The position numbers and the translations under genes are program-made. From positions 1,260,001 through 1,292,000 of the forward strand of contig NZ_CP013213.1 in NCBI RefSeq assembly GCF_001545095.1: 32,000 nt of DNA, given 5' to 3'. Source of the stretch: Erysipelothrix larvae (lineage in GTDB: Bacteria; Bacillota_I; Bacilli_A; Erysipelotrichales; Erysipelotrichaceae). Below the pieces are notes generated by a model, which had not been told where the DNA came from, ran no database searches, and was given only the letters and a program-made list of their open reading frames with translations. Positions 28,227-32,000 of this stretch are shown here, in pieces; the first letter of the stretch is position 1, and every line of letters starts with the position of its first letter.

Positions 28227-29010
28227 TCACACATCAAAAGAAAAACAACGCTTAGCTATTTTTTTATTTATAACAACAAAAAGTATAACGTTTGTAATGA
28301 TAGTAGTTTTGTTAATAATAAATGTAATATCTTCAATGGTGTTACATGAAACTTTATATTTATATTTATTTAGAAAGATAATAAAAAAAGTTAAGGGCAC
28401 ATTAGTTATTGAGAATTTTAAAATTTTTATTCTTTTAGATTTGATGAAGAATAGACAAATCACAAAGAAACAAGCTTTTGTGATTTGTCTATTACCACCA
28501 ATCATATGTACAGTAGTCGGATTCTTAATTTTAGGGATCATTAGTTATGGTTTAAAGTTTTTTACGCTTACAAAAATTATATATATTTTTATATCGATAT
28601 CCTGGTTAGTGAATATACTTTCAATATTCCCGTTTTCTCCAGATTTTAAAACATGGAAAATGTATTGCAATAATATAGATAAAAAAGTAAAAAAAAATAT
28701 AGAAGTTTTAGGGAGGGGAATTATGAACAATAAACTATCAAAAAAACATGTAGGAAGAGTGTTTACTCAAAGTTCAATTATAGCATTTGTTATTTATCCT
28801 ATATCAATAATCTTCTTATCTTTTGTATATTTATTTCAAAATAAATCATTTAACTTTATGGGTTTTAGTGTAAATCCAATAGTAGATATAGATTCAGCAT
28901 CCGTTTCGGTCTCAGTTAGTCCGATGTTTTTGGTGTCAATACTATTAGTATTTATACTAATAACAATCATAAGTTATTTGAAAGAAAGGGGGATTAGAAA
29001 TGGTGAATAG
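28216..29010 (+). CDS. Hypothetical polytopic membrane protein in the AT-rich islet (possibly two products; N-part faintly DUF3267-like)
   Basis: 264-codon ORF of about 18-25% GC with 6 or more hydrophobic segments. The TTG start at 28216 has no RBS. An in-frame ATG at 28723 is preceded by GGGAGGGG. Confidence 0.45.
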   Translation: MNLSHTSKEKQRLAIFLFITTKSITFVMIVVLLIINVISSMVLHETLYLYLFRKIIKKVKGTLVIENFKIFILLDLMKNRQITKKQAFVICLLPPIICTVVGFLILGIISYGLKFFTLTKIIYIFISISWLVNILSIFPFSPDFKTWKMYCNNIDKKVKKNIEVLGRGIMNNKLSKKHVGRVFTQSSIIAFVIYPISIIFLSFVYLFQNKSFNFMGFSVNPIVDIDSASVSVSVSPMFLVSILLVFILITIISYLKERGIRNGE

Positions 29011-29218
29011 TGTAATTGCTTATTACCGACCAAAATTAGAATTAGAATTATCTAAATTAGAAGGATGGTCCCTAGTTTAATGTGCAGTTTTGTTAGTTCT
29101 TGCAGCGGTCTATGTAATCGGAATGGGGATTTGGTGTGCAATTAATGGTCATGGTTCATTTACAGGAAGATATTCTTGGAATAGTCTATGGTCGTTTAAT
29201 GTACAATGCACCTGGTAA
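29000..29218 (+). pseudogene. Small ORF interrupted by an in-frame TAA (26 + 45 codons); alternative peptides of 31 and 21 aa
   Basis: AAAGGGGG lies upstream of ATG 29000. Translation is MVNSVIAYYRPKLELELSKLEGWSLV-TAA-CAVLLVLAAVYVIGMGIWCAINGHGSFTGRYSWNSLWSFNVQCTW*. Confidence 0.2.
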
Positions 29219-29247
29219 AGATTAATAAAAAGTACTGAGAAATGAAG

Positions 29248-29685
29248 TGAACCCATAAAGTTGGACACTTTAATTACGTTGTAATTATCAAGGATTGATT
29301 TCTGTATTGCACAGGAGTCAGTCCTTTTAATTTTCTCTTAATTCTTTTGTTATTATAAAAATTAATCCTTATCACTTGTATTTTGTACTTCATCAGGTCC
29401 ATGACCATAAGTGTACTGCTTTCCGATTGGTTGATTGAAACGATGAAATTCTCCATCTCGATGCCAGTAATACCATGTATATACTTGTGACTCACTTTTG
29501 ATATTTAGTGCTTTCATAATCTCTTTGACAGGAATGCCAGAGAGTCTCATTTCAACTGCTTTTAACTTAACTTCTCTTGTATAAAACGTATTCTTCATTA
29601 AAAAATACCTCCATCTTTTCATTTTACAATAAATCGATAGAAGTATTCTTTTTTTTATTAGGTGCCACAGAACTAGGTCAGTTCA
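29248..29685 (-). mobile_element. Internally deleted IS3/IS150-family insertion sequence remnant (about 438 bp)
   Basis: Imperfect terminal inverted repeats start with TGAAC at both ends (TGAACCCATAAAGTTGGACAC at 29248, and the complement of 29685 reads TGAACTGACCTAGTTCTGTGGCAC). They enclose the orfA N-terminus and the orfB C-terminal tail only. Confidence 0.65.
29274..29598 (-). pseudogene. IS3-family transposase remnant (OrfA HTH N-terminus fused near the OrfB C-terminal tail)
   Basis: MKNTFYTREVKLKAVEMRLSGIPVKEIMKALNIKSESQVYTWYYWHRDGE is OrfA-like. In another frame, INFYNNKRIKRKLKGLTPVQYRNQ matches the extreme C-terminus of the IS3 integrase core. The catalytic DDE region is absent. Confidence 0.7.
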
Positions 29686-29690
29686 CTCAA

Positions 29691-29984
29691 TCAAGTCTTG
29701 TCGTTTTGCTTTTGTTTGATATCTTTTGATATTTTTTTAAGTATGAGAAATCCAAAAATTATCATGATTCCGATAATGGCATACCCCATAGGTTCACCAT
29801 TAATGATCACAATGATGCTTAAAGATATAACTGCGCCAAAAACAAGAGCAATGCATAAAAACAGTGTTAGCGCAGCGCATACTCGGACCCAACGCTTTTC
29901 ATTTGTATTGTGTGTTTTATTATAAATCGATTCAATTAAATCACTACCAATAACCTCAATTAACGCTTCTATTAATAATGACAT
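29691..29984 (-). CDS. Hypothetical 97-aa membrane protein (2 TM)
   Basis: GGAGG lies 5 nt upstream of the ATG. Two long hydrophobic helices are followed by a Lys-rich C-terminus. The stop codon lies 6 nt from the IS end. Confidence 0.55.
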   Translation of the reverse strand: MSLLIEALIEVIGSDLIESIYNKTHNTNEKRWVRVCAALTLFLCIALVFGAVISLSIIVIINGEPMGYAIIGIMIIFGFLILKKISKDIKQKQNDKT

Positions 29985-30111
29985 AGGTCCTCCGCTTTTT
30001 TTTGATTGCTTATTGTTCTATTTATATAGCTCATTCTATTCTACAGGGACTTTTTTGTCAATTTGATTAAAACATTTTTTAATAATTTCTGATTGGAAAG
30101 TATTCGCCAAG

Positions 30112-30141
30112 TTAACACGAAGTGATAATTGATGGTATAAT
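30112..30141 (+). promoter_or_regulatory. Candidate promoter with extended -10
   Basis: TTAACA (30112-30117), an 18-nt spacer, then TGgTATAAT (30133-30141). Confidence 0.45.
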
Positions 30142-30168
30142 ATCACCATTAGAAGCGAGGTAAAACTT

Positions 30169-31014
30169 ATGAAAATAGCATGGATTGGAACTGGTGTTAT
30201 GGGAGCACCGATGGCATTAAACTTATCACGTGGTGGCTATGATGTTGTTGTACAAAATCGAACCTTCTCAAAAGCACAAGCACTTGAACCTGAAGTAAAG
30301 GCATTTGAAACAATTGAAGATGCCGTTAAGGATGCTGATGTTGTCTTTTCAATTGTAGGATACCCAAATGACGTTGAAAATGTCGCAAACACTGTATTTA
30401 GAACCTGTAAACCGGGTACAATATACGTTGATATGACGACGTCTTCACCTTCACTTGCGAAATCACTTTATGAAAAGGGACATTCATTGGGGATCCACTG
30501 TGTGGATGCTCCAGTAACCGGTGGTGATGTGGGTGCAATTAATGCAACCTTATCCATTATGGTCGGTGGTAGTGTTGAGTCCTACGAAACAATTAAACCA
30601 TTGTTAGAAAAAATGGGAACAACCATTACCTACATGGGACCTGGTGGTAGTGGTCAACATGCGAAACTTGCAAACCAAACAGCAATCGCGGGAGCAATCG
30701 CAGGTTGTGCTGAAGCATTAACGTATGCAATCCATCATGGACTTGATCCGCACGCAATGTTGGCGGTAATAACAGGTGGTTCCGCAAGCTCATGGCAAGC
30801 AGCAAATAATGGCCCTAAAATGATTACGGATGATATGAACCCTGGTTTCTTCACAAAACACTTCCTAAAGGACTTAAAATTAGCCTCAGAGGAAAAAGGT
30901 TTATTATCCTTACCCGTTCTTCAACAAGTCACTCAAATCTATCAATCACTGGTTGATTTGGGTTATGAAAATGATGGAACGCAATGTATCATCCATCACT
31001 ACAACTCAAAATAA
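30169..31014 (+). CDS. NAD(P)-dependent beta-hydroxyacid dehydrogenase (3-hydroxyisobutyrate / tartronate semialdehyde reductase family)
   Basis: 281 aa. The N-terminal Rossmann fold is MKIAWIGTGVMGAPMALNL. DAPVTGG and GSGQHAKLANQ are typical of the family. Confidence 0.8.
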   Translation: MKIAWIGTGVMGAPMALNLSRGGYDVVVQNRTFSKAQALEPEVKAFETIEDAVKDADVVFSIVGYPNDVENVANTVFRTCKPGTIYVDMTTSSPSLAKSLYEKGHSLGIHCVDAPVTGGDVGAINATLSIMVGGSVESYETIKPLLEKMGTTITYMGPGGSGQHAKLANQTAIAGAIAGCAEALTYAIHHGLDPHAMLAVITGGSASSWQAANNGPKMITDDMNPGFFTKHFLKDLKLASEEKGLLSLPVLQQVTQIYQSLVDLGYENDGTQCIIHHYNSK

Positions 31015-31018
31015 ATCT

Positions 31019-31042
31019 AAGGTGCATCTGCACCTTTTTTTT
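31019..31042 (+). terminator. Intrinsic terminator
   Basis: Hairpin aaggtgca-tc-tgcacctt followed by T8. Confidence 0.75.
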
Positions 31043-31059
31043 CTGTGCAAACATTACAA

Positions 31060-31097
31060 TAAAAAAAAAGATGGTATCATTGACTTGATAGCATCTT
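31060..31097 (-). terminator. Terminator of the Ca2+-ATPase gene
   Basis: On the minus strand, aagatgctatca-6 nt-tgataccatctt (one mismatch) followed by T9. Confidence 0.6.
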
Positions 31098-31106
31098 AGT
31101 TATTAA

Positions 31107-32000
31107 TTAATGTGTTTTACTACGATTGTTTAAGCCTAAAAGTTTCATGAGCTCCACAAAAGGGATTGGACCTAATGCGAGTACGATTACAATACCCCAT
31201 TGTGTTGTATTCATCGTTGTAAGGTGTAAGATTTCGCGTGCAAATGGAATTAAGAGTGCTGCCATAACCATCATTGCATTAATTATGACTGCATAGATTA
31301 ACCATTTGTTTTTAAAGAATGTTTTAAATACCGATTGGCTTGGAGCGTGAATGTTAAATGAGTGCACAAGTTGTGATAATGCAAGGACACTAAAGGCCAT
31401 CGTTTGACCCAATTCAGGTGAACCATTTTGGTTAATGAAGACACCCGTTCCATACGTGTAAGCACATAGTGTAATAATACTGATGAAGATTCCTTGATAA
31501 ATAATGCGCCATCCACTTTCAAAAGTCAATAAACTCATATCTTTTGAAGGCTTACGGTCCATAATATCACTTTCTGCAGGTTCAACACCCAGTGCGAGTG
31601 CAGGAAGTGAATCCGTTATTAAGTTAACACACAGAATATGTATTGTTAAGAGCGGTCTTCCAATTCCAAACAAGGTCGCAATTAAGATTGCGAACAGTTC
31701 ACCAACGTTACATGATAGTAAGTAGTTTACAGCTTTCATGATGTTGTCTTTAATACGACGCCCTTCTTCAACTGCAGTTACTACCGTTGCGAAGTTATCA
31801 TCAGTTAGGATCATATCTGCTGCACCTTTCGCAACTTCTGTCCCAACAATACCCATCGCAGCTCCAATGTCTGCCATCTTAAGGGCTGGTGCATCATTAA
31901 CACCATCACCGGTCATTGCGACGATTTCTCCATGACGTTTCCAGGCTTTTATAATACGCATCTTATCTTCAGGTGATACACGTGCATAGACACCAATGTG
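31107..32000 (-). CDS. P-type Ca2+-transporting ATPase (PacL/YloB/SERCA-like), C-terminal part; 5' end lies beyond the right edge
   Basis: The frame stays open upstream of the track Met (..HIGVYARVSPEDKMRIIKAW..). Motifs: MTGDGVNDAPALK, TM5 NYLLSCNVGE and TM6 VNLITDSLPA, so the canonical Ca2+ ligands are present. Confidence 0.85.
   Translation of the reverse strand, partial: HIGVYARVSPEDKMRIIKAWKRHGEIVAMTGDGVNDAPALKMADIGAAMGIVGTEVAKGAADMILTDDNFATVVTAVEEGRRIKDNIMKAVNYLLSCNVGELFAILIATLFGIGRPLLTIHILCVNLITDSLPALALGVEPAESDIMDRKPSKDMSLLTFESGWRIIYQGIFISIITLCAYTYGTGVFINQNGSPELGQTMAFSVLALSQLVHSFNIHAPSQSVFKTFFKNKWLIYAVIINAMMVMAALLIPFAREILHLTTMNTTQWGIVIVLALGPIPFVELMKLLGLNNRSKTH

Noticed and set aside
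28227-28730. Minus-strand ORFs of 104 aa and 61 aa inside the AT-rich islet.
   Set aside because: No RBS precedes either start. They are antisense to the plus-strand frame, which carries two strong RBS-ATG pairs. Their Phe/Ile/Lys-rich translations are what AT-rich DNA yields in any frame. They cannot be fully excluded without expression data.
30122-30146. Inverted repeat GTGATA-13 nt-TATCAC spanning the -10 of the dehydrogenase promoter.
   Set aside because: The arms are only 6 bp, which is expected by chance in AT-rich intergenic DNA. There is no second copy in the window.
1-32000. Alternative genetic code (TGA = Trp, Mollicutes-like), suggested by the low GC content.
   Set aside because: TGA terminates well-supported genes at the expected protein ends, for example the cysteine desulfurase at 521-523, sufU at 19333-19335 and sufC at 21779-21781. 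All large ORFs are intact under the standard code.
1-32000. CRISPR arrays, rRNA or tRNA genes, and large tandem or dispersed repeats.
   Set aside because: No regularly spaced direct repeats and no cloverleaf-like or rRNA-like segments were seen in any intergenic region. The intergenic spaces are accounted for by promoters, leaders and terminators.

Overview
This is a 32 kb chromosomal window from a low-GC Gram-positive bacterium (Bacillota). It uses the standard genetic code: TGA terminates several clearly real genes. Shine-Dalgarno sites are strong (GGAGG type), terminators are hairpin plus T-tract, and three proteins carry lipoboxes. All calls come from reading the ORF translations against family motifs recalled from memory, because no database search was possible.

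Most of the window is housekeeping:
- thiI (5' part, runs off the left edge), a nifZ/iscS-type cysteine desulfurase and ezrA, with rpsD and its structured leader transcribed divergently.
- A flavodoxin-like NAD(P)H oxidoreductase and an FAD oxidoreductase.
- An atypical 777-aa P-type ATPase, pepF and nagB.
- A DUF885 lipoprotein followed by an untracked 54-aa membrane ORF.
- A three-gene unit made of a degenerate CitX-CitG-like fusion, tyrS and a lipoprotein.
- A sufCDSUB operon with a 5-formyl-THF cyclo-ligase gene coupled to its 3' end.
- Two PrsA-like foldase paralogues, a HIT protein, pnp and rpsO.
- A beta-hydroxyacid dehydrogenase and the 3' part of a canonical Ca2+-type P-type ATPase (runs off the right edge).

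The only clearly accessory DNA is an islet at about 27.99-29.99 kb between rpsO and the dehydrogenase gene. It holds an SDR gene stub and a very AT-rich (about 18% GC) membrane-protein module with an internal strong RBS and a perfect 14-bp inverted repeat. It also holds small Trp/Cys-rich peptide ORFs, an internally deleted IS3/IS150-family element and a 97-aa membrane protein.

No rRNA, tRNA, CRISPR array, T-box or recognisable riboswitch was seen. The items most worth follow-up are:
- the CitXG-like apparent pseudoenzyme coupled to tyrS;
- the P-type ATPase lacking most canonical ion-site residues (PEGL is PQGL);
- the AT-rich islet and its small ORFs.
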